From: Bispira polyomma
Taxonomy: Eukaryota
Length of the DNA: 64,000 bases
Assembly: GCA_965649765.1 (NCBI GenBank)
Contig: OZ287748.1
Coordinates: forward strand, 99,014,001 to 99,078,000
Reading direction: 5' to 3'
The notes beneath the pieces were generated by a model. The model made no database searches and had not been told where the DNA came from. It was given only the letters and a program-made list of their open reading frames with translations. Both the position numbers and the translations under genes were made by a program. Shown here piece by piece: positions 36,467-49,114 of this stretch; the first letter of the stretch is position 1; the number at the start of each line of letters is the position of its first letter.

Positions 36467-36839
36467 CTTCTTAAATTATAATGCCCATATAATAGAAAGG
36501 GCGCCAAAACACCTGACTACATAAGCTTGCCATTGGCTTAAATAATGCATTTTGATAGGCTACTGCCTGGTAAACAATTTGTTTATAAGAAATACTGTAA
36601 AGTGTACAATTTCTGCGACTGAGTGGTCATGCCTAAAATGCAGTGACTGTCATTTTTAAAGAAAAATGCTTCCATCTAAAGTCAAGTCACAGAGTGGCGG
36701 GGTGTTGCTGTTTTGGTATAAAGGGTAGTTGAATGGCCCCCGAACTACGGGTTTGCTGAAAATTTCAAAACTAGGCCCAGTTATGATGATTTTAGGGGAC
36801 TCCAAATACCCGTGAAATCACAGTTATATCCTGAAAAAT

Positions 36840-38390
36840 GTACAGTCACACTGGGATTGGCAGCTCCCTTATTGGTCAAATACGGCTTTCCACTTGACAT
36901 AAAGTGCGAAAACATCAGCCAATCAGATTGCACTAATTACGAAGCATGCGAATATATATTTAAAGGAAGAATGTCAATTTGGTGCCATTTTGGACCCTTA
37001 TATAGGCTGGCCATTGTCGACCTCAGCTGGCCTCTCCGCCAATCAGGTAATATAGGCGCTTCCTCCACTAAATATTTAGGTACTGATTTCTTATTGTCGT
37101 ATCCTTCTATAGATAATCTAACAAATGATGTGGTAAAATAACACAAAACGGTCCACGCGTAGATTGAACTGGATGCCTGTTTAACTGGCATAGGCGGTAT
37201 ATATGCAAATCAAGTATATAAACTAACAATACCCCATGAAATGTCGCATGATAATATTGCCTCTTTAGACATGCTCACCACATTGGTGGCATTATGAATC
37301 AAAACGTGGCAAGGAAAAAGAGTAGTTTTTAAATGCAGTGTTTTGGAAAGTGGTTGCACCAAAGATCCGGTTCTGGCAACATATACCAAAAATAGTTATA
37401 TGTGGGCCTGTCGCTTATTGCTAGCATATTTAGAATTTCTAAGTTTCAACAGTGAGTGTGTCACAGATTCACAGATTGCCAACCATTTGTCGGCAGTAAA
37501 AGCCAAATATGTTTTCTTCCATGTGAAAGTGGATGTGTTTTCTGATCCAAGAATTTCATATTATACCAGGGCCTTGTTAGTTAACAGACCCCTTCAAGTC
37601 AAACTTAAAAGTCTTTTTGACATTCCACTTTTGTTAGATAGAATTCAAAAATGTGACTGCACCTGCATGGGGTAGGTTTTCAAAGACATTTACAGCTTTT
37701 TACGACTTTCAAACTTGTGCCTACATTCTGTCGCCAGTTTCTCTCCATTGAAGCACCTGGCCAGAGGGGACGTTCTCTTCAAACCGGGCTATGTAATAAT
37801 CCTCATTAAATAGACAAAACTATGCAAACGAATGACACAGTGAAATTACTGTCTCTTCCAGCTTTGCCCAATTCTAAACTCTGTTTACTTACTGCTATTA
37901 AAGTGGTTTAGGCCTTACCCCCTCTGGCAAGATTGCCCACTATTTCAGTACAAACTGGCCGGTTGTTGGGGCCCAGTGACCAACACTTTTAGAAATGCTG
38001 GACCTCAAATCTGACATTTCACGCTTTCCGGCGTTCAGATGACACATTCACGTTTAATAACAACGTTCGTCTACAAGACATCCAGCGTCATGGCACCTGG
38101 ATGTCGGACTGTGTCTGGCATTATATAACTGACTCGGCCCAGGTCGGAATGTATGTAGTTGATTTCTTCTGCCAAGCCCTACGGCATACATCCTAATGTA
38201 CTTGGTGTTTGGTAGACTGGGACATCTCATGTCCCCCTGCAAACAAAATATATACAAGTATAATTTCATAATTTCAAATGATATTTAACTTAAATTCAAA
38301 ATTTACTTAATCTTAAAGTTAATTCACTACTTTAATTTATGGTAACCTAAATTAAATTCCTTACCTGAATTTATGGTTACCTTGACACCG
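36840..38390 (+). mobile_element. Fragmented DIRS element (RT start, RNase H, YR, 3' terminal region)
   Basis: WDWQLPLLVKYGFPLD; ELDACLTGIGG; DPVLATY; FLRLSNL; FHAFRRS; terminal ATTTATGGTAACCT repeats as at 62830-63060. Confidence 0.85.
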
Positions 38391-38660
38391 AGGAACTGAT
38401 GCACTGACTTAGGAACACATATGACCTGGGTTTGATTCCAGGATGGGGCCCCAGGAGAGGCAGAGGCATACTGGCCAGGTTAACCACTTAAATGCTAGCC
38501 CTCTGTCACAGGATGACCACCACTTAACGGTTAGCCTAGTGGTCAATACACTGTCTTAGCAACACAGATGACCAGGGTTTTATTCCTGTTTGGGGCTCCC
38601 AAGTTCAGTGTGATACAGTGGCCCAGATGACCACTCAATGTGTGTCCTTGGTCACTTGAT
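38390..38660 (+). mobile_element. Two tandem degenerate tRNA-derived SINE copies
   Basis: A-box-like TAGCCTAGTGG, B-box-like GGTTTGATTCC, GATGACCAC..TAAATG body repeated twice. Confidence 0.5.
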
Positions 38661-39344
38661 TCCATCTATCATTTGCAGTCTGAAGAAAGTTAGGGACATT
38701 ATTCAATGGTAATCTTCAAGTCTAGATGTTAACTAGGTGGGCTGTTTGTTAGTGCTGTTGGTTGGTTGTACTTATTTATCCATGGGAAGGTAACTTATAT
38801 TTTGAATCCCTTAATCAGCTATACTTTGCTGTTTATAAATAGGACTATAAAATACAAAGAACAAATGATGACCTGAAAAATTAAAGTAGACCTTCGGCTT
38901 TAGAATTTCAGAACTAGACGCAGTTTTTCAAGAACAAATGAGCTATTTGTCCTTAAACAGGTCAGGATGTAATAGTTTCATACAATTAAAGGAATTGAGG
39001 CAAATCTATCTTACTGTAGATTTGCCGAATTAAATGTAACTTAAACAGTTGTTACATAATTAATTCATCTGTAAAAACTGTTATTTTTAGAACTGTCGAA
39101 TATAACCAAATTAAATCCAACTTATTGGTCAATGCAGATAAGGGTTCTATACTACCTTAAGGATATCAGTGACTTTTAGACGTGCTTAGTGGACAACAGT
39201 CAGTTTCCCCTTTAAGGTCACTTGACCCCAAACTAGGTCATCTTCATCTTTTTTTGTAGGCTGTCCGTGTGTGTAGTTGGAAATGTTTATTCTTGAGGAA
39301 TTTTTGTAAGAAAAAAAAACGTAGTTCAAGGCCTCAGGTTAGTT

Positions 39345-39436
39345 TGCCAAATGCATGCTATAGGGTCGGGATTTGAACCTACGCCCACAGAGGTGGGTGG
39401 TAAGGGTGTTGCCACTAATACACCACAGAGGGCCAC
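39345..39436 (-). mobile_element. tRNA-derived SINE head
   Basis: Minus strand TGGTGTATTAGTGG...GGTTCAAATCCCG; no acceptor stem. Confidence 0.5.
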
Positions 39437-39679
39437 CTTAACATTAGTTTGCAAAGACAGCTTTATGGAAATGTATAATATTGTCTCAAAAAATACAAAA
39501 GAAATTGACACACAGAGAGTTTATAAACAAAAGAATAACAAGTATGAAACAGTAAATTCCACAACAAGGCATTTAGGTTTAAACGGAAAAACTCAATGGT
39601 ACAAGGGTACTTCCTAACAAATTTATTATGCAACAATATCATATCTTTTGTGACTTTGTTTACAGGCTCAGCAAAAATA

Positions 39680-40022
39680 CTAACTTCTGACGTCCATCTT
39701 ATCATCTATGCTGTCTCTCAGCAATTTCACCGGAGGTAATCGTCTCTTCACCTCAAGTTTCCTACCCTAAAAATCGGCTGGTTCAAAATCCTTCTTAGTT
39801 GCAGCACCTGTTGAGTGAAATAGTCTCCCTACCAGTCTTCGGACTGAGACAAGCACCATAGAATCATAGAAAAAAGCATTCGTCTGCTGGTCACGACTGA
39901 ACTCTGATCATGAACCTTTTTCTGTCTACCGGACTATCCTTTTGCACACTTATTAGGATATGCGCCACAGACGATGCCTGGTCATCGATTGTGGCACTAT
40001 AGAAGTAAAAGCATTAACATTA
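39680..40022 (+). mobile_element. L2 LINE 3' fragment with stem-loop tail
   Basis: GSKSFLVAAPVE*NSLP; tail GCGCCACAGACGATGCCTGGTCATCGATTGTGGCAC. Confidence 0.65.
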
Positions 40023-40157
40023 ATCCAAGGATCTAGTTTTTAATAGAATCTGCTTGTGAAATACGCCTAATATGCCTAGCGGAGTTAGAGATAATAAAGC
40101 CTCGCTCACCCTCTTCCTCCCGACCCCCCATCCCCCACATTGAGAAGACGACTTACT

Positions 40158-40397
40158 GATAGGTGGAATTGTCACTGCTACTGTTGTTACAAGCATGGTT
40201 GTCATGGTCATTTCCATGGCAGTAGTGGTGGTTGTCAAGGGCCTGGCAGTTGTGGTGGTAGCTTCTTTAGTTGTGGTCTCCGGCTCCATTGTCATGGTAA
40301 TGGCGTCTTTGGTGGTAGTCATTTTCTACCTCGGTGGTTGTGGTCACTTCCTCGGTGGTAGTTGGGGCCTCAGTGGTGGTGTTCTGGTCGTTTCTGG
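40158..40397 (-). CDS. Thr-rich mucin-like exon (one apparent frameshift)
   Basis: Acceptor ..ACAACTAG, donor ATCA|GTAAGT; TTTEAPTTTEEVTTTTEVE / MTTTKDAITMTMEPETTTKEATTTT; frame switch at an A run (~40322). Confidence 0.55.
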
Positions 40398-41739
40398 CTA
40401 GTTGTGGTGGGTGAAAAGATTGATTGTGATTGAAAGAAAACATCAGCATTTACCACATACACCTAATTTTTGTCAAACTATGAATCTTGGAATATTGTAG
40501 TTTCTAATATTAAGTCTTATATTTAAACAGAAACAATTTGCATACACAGCCTTGTTTTGAAGTCAGTTTTGGGTGAAGATCCTTTTCAGAGAACTGACAA
40601 CAAAACAAAAATATTAAAATTGGATTTAAAAACGATTGTTTATATTTTTGGGGTTCGCCTTATAATATGCAGTAAAATATGTCGGCAATATTATTAGGCA
40701 TTTTGAAAATGCCATTTGTAAATTTCCTGTTTAATTACTAATATTATTTAAGGTTATTGCAGATGAGTGAAAATATAAGACGCTTACATTATGACTATAG
40801 CTAGGTGGTTAATATTTTCGAATTTTTATATTGTTGTGATCAAGTTTCCATGTGTTGCTTTTGTATGCGCATATGCATAGCAAACTAGTATGCAATGAAT
40901 GGCCGCTCCATTCTGATCTTGTTTAAAGACCTTTATCCTAAAAAAACCTCATATAAAAAATAATGTTTCATTCAAGTTTTTTTTAGGAGAATCACACAAT
41001 GCTACTTAGGATCCTAATTATTTGTATAAATTAGTGTTAGTGTCCAAAGCAGCTGACTAAGCGCCCAAATCGAACACTCATTTCATGTTATGAAATAAAT
41101 AGTTAAACATTAAACATATGTTTTGATCATAAACTTTTATATACCTTCAAAATAGATTCCGCTACCCGGCTGGGTAGGCATATGTACAGTCACTCAATGC
41201 AGACCATTACACATAGGTCAGCAGCCAGCCAAGTTTGTCCCAGGGAAGATGTTACAGTCTGTAACAGTAGTTAGGGTGATATGCTCAGGGTGGGTGAATA
41301 AGAGGAAGGACCTTTCCTTTACTAGAAACAGGCCACACAGTCCCAAATATCGACATATTCATTAAATTCAAACTATTTTTCACGGGAGGTGGGTTGGGCT
41401 AAATTTACCACTGTTAACTTGCTGCTTTTGGAAACAATAATGCCTACATACTAGAAAAGAGGGGAACTCAGCCAGATATTTTTTGAGGTATGGATAGACA
41501 TCAGTAGAGATCCCAGGATGAAACATGACTTGACAAAGATAGTTTTGAATAGGCTGCAGCTTTTATATGTGGGATTGTTTTGCGCCAAGCAGGAAGGAAT
41601 TGCACTAGTCCAGACGGCTGAAGACCAACCACTCGTGTACTCTGAAAGGCAGGTTGACTGAGGATAAAACAGGATCATCCAGATTGATTTTTGGGGTTCT
41701 GAGAGTCCGATAGGATCTGATCCAATCAAGGACAGTGCA

Positions 41740-41845
41740 ATTTAGTCGAAACCATTGTTATAAGGTGTAGATCATGGTCTATGGTATTAAAAGCTGCCGA
41801 AAGATCTAGAAGGGTGAGGGCTACAGTTTCATCATCATCCAAGGT
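41740..41845 (-). mobile_element. L2 RT micro-fragment
   Basis: ALTLLDLSAAFNTIDHD. Confidence 0.7.
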
Positions 41846-42569
41846 TAATGTCATTACATTATACAATTATATTTCTTATACAATGAATTATTTTGCAACC
41901 AATACCAAAACCAAAATTGTACATTCAGTTATACCCACTACATTTATATACTTAGACTTTATCACTTTAGACTGTATAACCTGTAACTACTTAATACATA
42001 CATTGTCACATTTACAAGCACAAACTTTATACACCATGAACCTGTATTACAATCTCAAGCCATACCTCGTCACATAATAAACTGTACCGTACATCAGCTG
42101 CAATGAACTATACACCCAAAAACAGAATTCTATTTTATACGCTATGACAGTGTAATGTAACCTCAGGCTATTAATTGCGACATGACTGAACACGATTGTG
42201 ACCACTTGATTTTATGTGTTTCTTTGTGTAATTTAATTACCAAGAGCAGTTATCAAAGAGAGCTCAAAATGTTTTTTTTATTGCTGTGACGTCACAAACA
42301 TGAAATGTCATTAACCACACCAATTATCACTATAATATATCGCTATACCAACAGCTCAGAACTTTGACAGCAGTTTAGTTCATCCTCTGTTAGAAACACA
42401 CAGACGTGACCTATCCCTTTTTATCAAAACTTTGGGGAAGATTGGTATGCAATATATTCAGAAACTCACTTTGTTTTTATTCAATTAAAAGACAAATATT
42501 TTGTAATCAGATTTATACTCAGCATATATCTACCTTCATCTGGTATTTAGAGTGATAATTAACTGACTG

Positions 42570-42847
42570 TAACAGTCAATTGCATCAGGCACTGTCATTT
42601 CCCTAACTGAGGAGTGAGACTTGAGGATGACCATTTATCGACGTCCTCAAGGGTCTTTAGCCTTCCACTGGAAAGGGGACTCAGTGGCAGAGGACCGCCA
42701 TTTTAAATGGTCATCCGAGCCACTAGGCAAACGTGTGTACACATCCTGCCCAAGGATGTTATACCACTCATTAAACTAACGGCCTGTACCGGGAATAGAA
42801 CCCAGGATCTTCTGATCATCAGACCAACTCCCTAACCACTAGGCCAC
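42570..42847 (-). mobile_element. tRNA-derived SINE
   Basis: A box TGGCCTAGTGG, B-box-like GGTTCTATTCCC, CCTTGGGCAGG core-like segment, GGATGACCATTTAAAATGGCGGTCC body; related copies at ~2600, 38400 and 56370-56525. Confidence 0.8.
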
Positions 42848-43243
42848 AAGAAAGTTGGTAAACTACTCGGAGCTTACTAAGCAATTAAGGAAATACACTT
42901 TGTATAGTTAGAATATGTACGTTTCAATGACTAAATGTACGTGCTATAAGTATATGTTTTGTTCAAAAGTGACTTACTTATAAGCCCACATGGGCTGTGT
43001 AAATGCATATGCATGGTGATGCCTATGTACAATAGCGCACTTGTTCAGTCCTGGGAAATTGTATGTAAAACATATACATTTGGGGCTTGTCCTAAAACAG
43101 TATGTAATTTGGCTTGGCCTTACAAAAGTACTACTTGTCTAGGTGTTTGAGATTAGTCTAATACTGGGCCAAGTGTATGCCCGAAACATACTTGAACAAG
43201 GATTGCATCAGCATCACGCGCCTATCTGTGCTTGAGTTAAACA

Positions 43244-44119
43244 ATAGAGGGAGACATTCAGGCGACTATAATAAATAAAATCTTATGTATCATTATAAAA
43301 AATCATTAGCTTAAAAAAGAAGTCAAGGAGTGGGTTGTATTGAGATAATGTAAAAAATGCAATGAGGGGGCTATTCACCAGTCACTCATAAACACTTTTT
43401 GACCATAGAGGTATATGCAAATTTATAAATGTTTGTACATACATATGTGAATATATTATCCAACACTCCTGTTCACACATTTAGTCACACTTTTCATACA
43501 ATATCCTGGTAAAGCACCCAATTTAAACAAGATTCTTTCTTATTAAAATATTGTTGTGTCAATTTTGTAGGTGTCAATTTTTACTATTTTCCAATAATTT
43601 TGTTTTGTAAGAAATTTCAAATTTTGAACTGTTAAAAATTTGGACAAGCAAACAGTATAGCATTGTTCATATGTGTATTACACATAGTCACGTGCATTTA
43701 TGTATCATGTCAGAATACGCCACGGTTTGCAAAGGCGATCAGAAAAAGTGTATTTTTTTACTGTATTTGCATAAAATAAACCAGTGTCTTTTTAAAACTT
43801 TATTTGCATAAGATAAACCAGTTGCAACAATCAATACTAAGTGTGTGACCCAGTTTGAACCATTCAGTTCACACTTGTTTTGGGTATTTTTGGCAGCGTT
43901 TAAGACCAAACCTTAATGGGTTTTTTTTTTTTTTTAATTTTTATTGCGGCACTAATATTTTGAGTGTAGAAAAAAACTTATTTTCCATGGCCAAGCAGGC
44001 AGTACAAATATGTTTGAATAACGTACCTGCCGTTTCATGGCTTTTTGCTTATTCTTATATAATATGAGCAAGGCATGGTGGCCTTATTTGTGGTTTGGTT
44101 AACATTTTGCCCCCTTCCG
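43244..44119. repeat. Dispersed repeat, copy 2 (see 6108-6969)
   Basis: Colinear direct copy of 6108-6969. Confidence 0.8.
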
Positions 44120-44399
44120 AGAGAAATCGTTGGCGTCGTCCATTAAGCGGCGAATATACCTTTAATACAGTTTAGTACAAGGATTTGGGTACAAGGATTC
44201 GTTCTATCTTTTCCTTTGTATACTAAGGCTACCATTTCACTAGCAATAGGGACTCTTCACACAATGTTTTTCATCAATCCACACGTACTTTACCAAAGAT
44301 AAACCCACATACATATTTGGCCTGCATTCCTTCTGTAAAGAATACATTTGACACAGTTGTCAGTATATAGGTTACTTCTCTTGGATAGCCTGTTAAAAC

Positions 44400-45010
44400 T
44401 CTATTTCATTGTAACCATTCAGGTTCACTGGCAGTCAATATAAGATTAAGTTTTTGCCTATCAGTTGTTAAGGTAATCTTACTCAAAACAGTGATCAAAG
44501 TTATATGAACTGGGCATGTCTGGCAGTTTCTTGAAACGTGCACAAAAGGGGTTAGAAATGTTTTTTGAAAATACAAAGAAACTTTAACAGTTAGTTAAAA
44601 TATCATGAAGACCCGTGTTCATGCTATACTTTTTGTTGATTATTTTTATTGAATTGTAAAACAGTTTGCATCAAGCAATGTGCAATTTGTTGATTCTTAC
44701 ACCCCAATTTTTCGCAATTCAATGTAATATTGTTTGTGTTGATAACTTTATTTTCCTGTGTTGGCAGTCTGAGAGTATTATTGTGGCTATATAATGCAAC
44801 CCGGTCTTCCTGTGTTGAAAATTTCACAATTTGGCTTGTCTGGTTATGACACAAAGTCTCCTTCTGCATACTCAAGATAAATATGAGCACATTATTGCCA
44901 ACATGATGTTATGATACGTTCCTTAAGGATAGAAGTCGTTTGCTGAGGTAGATAAGTTGTGCATATTCAGTTACTAGCATACTAAAATTATCTCTCCGCC
45001 CACCCACATG
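44400..45010 (-). mobile_element. Degenerate LINE endonuclease fragment
   Basis: ICTTYLP and KVINTN-like APE motifs, heavily eroded. Confidence 0.35.
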
Positions 45011-45149
45011 GTTAAACCTTCTTCTGACTATCTCACTACAGACTCACCATATGCCATATTTATTAAATGTCTTAAATTTAACTGCATGCTTCATCTCAAA
45101 TGCTACATTATGGCAATCGGTTAATAAGATCCTCCATAAAGTTACCAGA

Positions 45150-45620
45150 CTGTAACAGCCTTACTGAAGCAGCTATTATGTTTGGAAAATAATCTTTCTT
45201 AAAATATTGATAAAACCTTTATGGCTTTCAAACGATCCACTTCTGTGAACATCCCAACTCCACCACACAAACCATCTGCTTTAAATAAGTTCATCTGTTG
45301 GCCCGGCAACAGTTGTGACTTTCGTAGGATTCTTCAGCACCTAGGTATGGAAAATGCTGCTGAATTTGCAAATGCCCTAGTGTCAAGTCGACTTGATTAT
45401 TACTACTATATCGAATTGGCAGGGGCAAATAAACAATTTTTACAATAATTGCACAGACTGCCTATTGAGTTCCTCATTTTTAAAACTGTCCCTGTGCAGC
45501 AACCTGCTTACATATCATATATGCTGTCTTCCTGCTTTCTCTTCGTACTGAGACATATATCACAGGGTTCAGGAAAAAGCTTAAAACACATCTGTACCAA
45601 CTCACTTTTCCACGTTAACA
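45150..45620 (+). mobile_element. Degenerate L2 fragments
   Basis: ANALVSSRLDY, LHRLP, QPAYI. Confidence 0.65.
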
Positions 45621-46068
45621 TTCGTTTGCTGGTCATGAACCTTTTATCAATCTATTCTTTGTCTATTTTTGTATTAAAATTTTTAAGTTTGTTTTTGATA
45701 ACAAGTGCTGTAGTATAGTACATAATAACAAGACAGACATTGTTAGGGATGCCAGTGTAGATATGTTTTATTTGTAGACTACCAGTGCCATATTGTTGTT
45801 AATATTAGAATGCAGAATGCTTCTATAGACAGTTAAAACCTTATAATTACCTTACCCTTATTATCTCTACTTAAGCAGGATTCCCACTTGGCAGGGCGCA
45901 TTTAAAAAATGTGTCTAAGTAGGACTTTCGAATTTATTCAACATAAAACGTAAATTGATTTAACAGAGTTCTACTTAAAGGGGTTTGATAATAATATGAA
46001 TATATGTGTTTATATCCCATACATACTTGTAATTTAACCAGCCAATAGAATTTGTTGATTTCGTGCAG

Positions 46069-46275
46069 ACACACAGGGTGGTTCACTCCACAGCACAGAT
46101 TGGACAACACAAACCCAGGGTGTCCTTTTCCTACTTTGTACAGCCAGACAGCAACCGTCTGGTCGGCTGTATTGATGGCTCTGAGAAATACCAGCCTATC
46201 CTCGCAGGGGAATTTGTGAATATAAGAATAGCTGGAACTGACTATCAAGGGGAAAAGGTCCCAGATTTTCCCTGA
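46069..46275 (+). CDS. Terminal exon of a 2-oxoglutarate/Fe(II)-dependent oxygenase (IPNS-like family)
   Basis: Acceptor TTGATTTCGTGCAG; THRVV...RVSFSYFVQPD..V.CIDGSEKYQPI: distal iron His, RxS 2OG-binding motif, family-typical C-terminus; stop at 46273-46275. Confidence 0.85.
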   Translation, partial: THRVVHSTAQIGQHKPRVSFSYFVQPDSNRLVGCIDGSEKYQPILAGEFVNIRIAGTDYQGEKVPDFP

Positions 46276-48209
46276 TATGACTGATATGATCATAGAATAG
46301 AATATACATTAAATCTAGATACCTTCAAACATTGAAATGTTTTTTGGTGAGGCTTTTGTGGTAGTTACATGGTAGAGGTTATATATACCCTTCTATTGGG
46401 TAACAAAACACTAAATTCCTTAACTTTGACCACATTTGGATGAAAATTAGAAGTAATTCCAAACATTAGAATGCATTTTCTGTACGTTTTGGTGTCAAAC
46501 AAGTACTTACAGATAAAGAGATTGAATATTATTGGGTCCTACGTTTGGGTGCCACCCCATAAGGAAGTTACACATCGCTTTATCCAGATGAAATCCCCCA
46601 TAATATCATGATTAGGGGGGAGCAAAAGAGTTGTATGCAGCATCAGAGTTTCACTTCAAAACTAAATAAAGCTATTGACTAATATCTTGATCTTTCAACA
46701 GATCCTAAACACCACTTAATTGGGTCTTTTAAAATATCTTCAATGGTGGCTTAATTCACTACATGGGGCCTTCAAACAACTTTGTGGCTTATTTCAGCCT
46801 TTTATTGTTTTATTGTTTCAAGTGCAATGCAAAAACGTTCACAAAAGCTATTAAGGTTATAGAGCGTCTAAAAGTACACCCAAACTACAATTAGGTCAAA
46901 TTACTCATTCAGTGTTGTCTTTTATACATATACACCAAGAATATTGCATTCAAAGATGGCAAAATCCTTGAATTATCCTGTGCACAGATTGTTGTTTTTT
47001 TTTGCTTTGGTGGCATAAAAATAATAATTTGGTTTCTTGTGATGACATTTATTACTACAAATCATTGGTCCCGCAGGAGTGATGGTGCTTTAGTCAAAAG
47101 TAGTTAATCTGCATTGACAAATCCATGGCTAAAATTTGATAATATTTCATTCTCCCAAAAATATTTTTGCTACTGTTTTATACTAAAATGCCTATTCTAT
47201 TTTACGGACCTTCTATTTTCCAAACAAATTCTTACTCTCCCAATATGGTCAGATAATAGAGGTTCTACTGTAGTTCGAGAAAATTTCATCCCTAGTTCTT
47301 TTTGTTGTAGTGTCAATTACATGCACAAAATGAAATACACACACTAAATATGTTCCCCCATTACAATATTGTATAGCTTAGAGATCAATATTATATTAAT
47401 TTCACACTCAGGAGATACAAGGAGTGTTTGAAAATTAAAGGCAAATTTGAAATGTGTAGGAGTACGAGTGTCAGATACAAAAACCTGTACATCAATGAGA
47501 ATGTCAGTTATGAATGTTGACAGCAGCTTTACTGTCCAATTAACAGTAGCATACTCAAAATTCTGAACTCTAGGCTGAATCAGGAATCGTTACTCAAGCT
47601 CTACTAAAAGGAGTAATTCATTTCTAAATATAAATTTTAAACATTGAAAAATTTTCCTTAGGTACATTCTTAAGCTACTGTGCCTGTCAAACTAAATAAC
47701 TAAATGCAGTTGTTAGCAGTATAATACACATAGTATATCAATATTATGTTAAAGTACTGTACTTATATTTATATTATGTTACTGTATTCAGTTTCATAGA
47801 AAGATGTAGAACCACTATCATTTCTTCTTTGTGTATAAACCTCACTGAGGAACTTCTTTTTTGGGGGATATGTTCACATTTCGAAGAGATATTCACAATG
47901 GCACAGTAATAAAAATTAGTAAAAAAGATTGATTAAGCACCAATTAAATCATCCAATGAGCTCAACACTTTGGGCTACTTGTTCTATCAAATGTATACAT
48001 ATTTTAAATAATATTACACAAAACAAAAAAGGTTGCATAACTCAATTACCTTAGTACACAAGCCACTTTTACCTACAAATACATTATATTTGTGTTCAAT
48101 ACTCGCATGGGTCTTCATGGCATTTTTTAGTACCTTCATGATTAATAACCATAATTGAATATATACATATGCATGTTATTGTCAATAACATTTCTTGAGA
48201 CCCATGGAC

Positions 48210-48413
48210 CTAGTTATCTCTATCCTTCTGTAGATTTGGGGGAAGATTCGCTGAGATTGTATTTTCAACATCATTTACCTCCAACTGTGATGTTAGTTTA
48301 GCTTCCATTGCATTACAAACCATTTGTGGTGCTTGGCTTGCTAGAACGGTTTTTACTATTTCAGTTGATTTCAGTTTCACCTCTTTTTCGATGATGCTTT
48401 TCAAATCATCGTG
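48210..48413 (-). CDS. Exon 2 (terminal) of caspase-like gene, helical/coiled-coil tail
   Basis: Acceptor TTTTACTTTTAG; phase 0, in frame with the donor at 49115 (LNK|HDDLKSIIEKEV...DRDN*). Confidence 0.7.
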   Translation of the reverse strand, partial: HDDLKSIIEKEVKLKSTEIVKTVLASQAPQMVCNAMEAKLTSQLEVNDVENTISANLPPNLQKDRDN

Positions 48414-49114
48414 CTAAAAGTAAAATAACAGGGTTGGTATTACAATACAAAAGTTAAAGGTATTACTTAGTAATTGCATAAATGCCAACATTATTTTAAC
48501 ATTAGCTATTGTTAATATTAATATTGATCAATTGCTTTGTTAATTCGATAAATCGATATACTAATATTTATTGATCGATGTAATAACTGAACAAATAGAA
48601 AAACAACACTTTAGTTTGCCTTAGTCTACAACTATCTATAACTGTTTCACTGCTTTTTAGCTGAGAGTTCATTGTCATGTGACGGAAATCACAACATCAA
48701 AGTATTTTTCACTCACTGACGGATGTTTAAATACTGAATAATTACCAATAAATCAAAATATTAAATATATATGTGTATCCGTACAGATTAGATGAATGTA
48801 AAAAATAACTGGGCCAATTCATATGTAATGTCTACTACAGAACATAAGTGCCAAGTAACAAAATTGCAAAGCTTGTATAAAAAGTCGATCAGTATTTTTG
48901 TGACATTTACAGTGCATACATATTATCTGTTGACCTTGGATGACCAGAGTAACGCATCTCGGCTAATGGCTCCAATAATAATTTTTATGTTTAAAGTTAT
49001 CACAAATATTGAGTTACCTTAATACTGTGCTAATTTACAAAGATTTTACAGATTGAACTACTTATTATTTCAAAATTACCTCTAAAACATGTAGGTGTTG
49101 TTCATGGTACTCAC

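Noticed and set aside
47345-47485. Possible additional minus-strand exon (VFVSDTRTPTHFKF...) downstream of the caspase gene
   Set aside because: The preceding exon already ends in a stop; no recognisable homology and only a weak acceptor.
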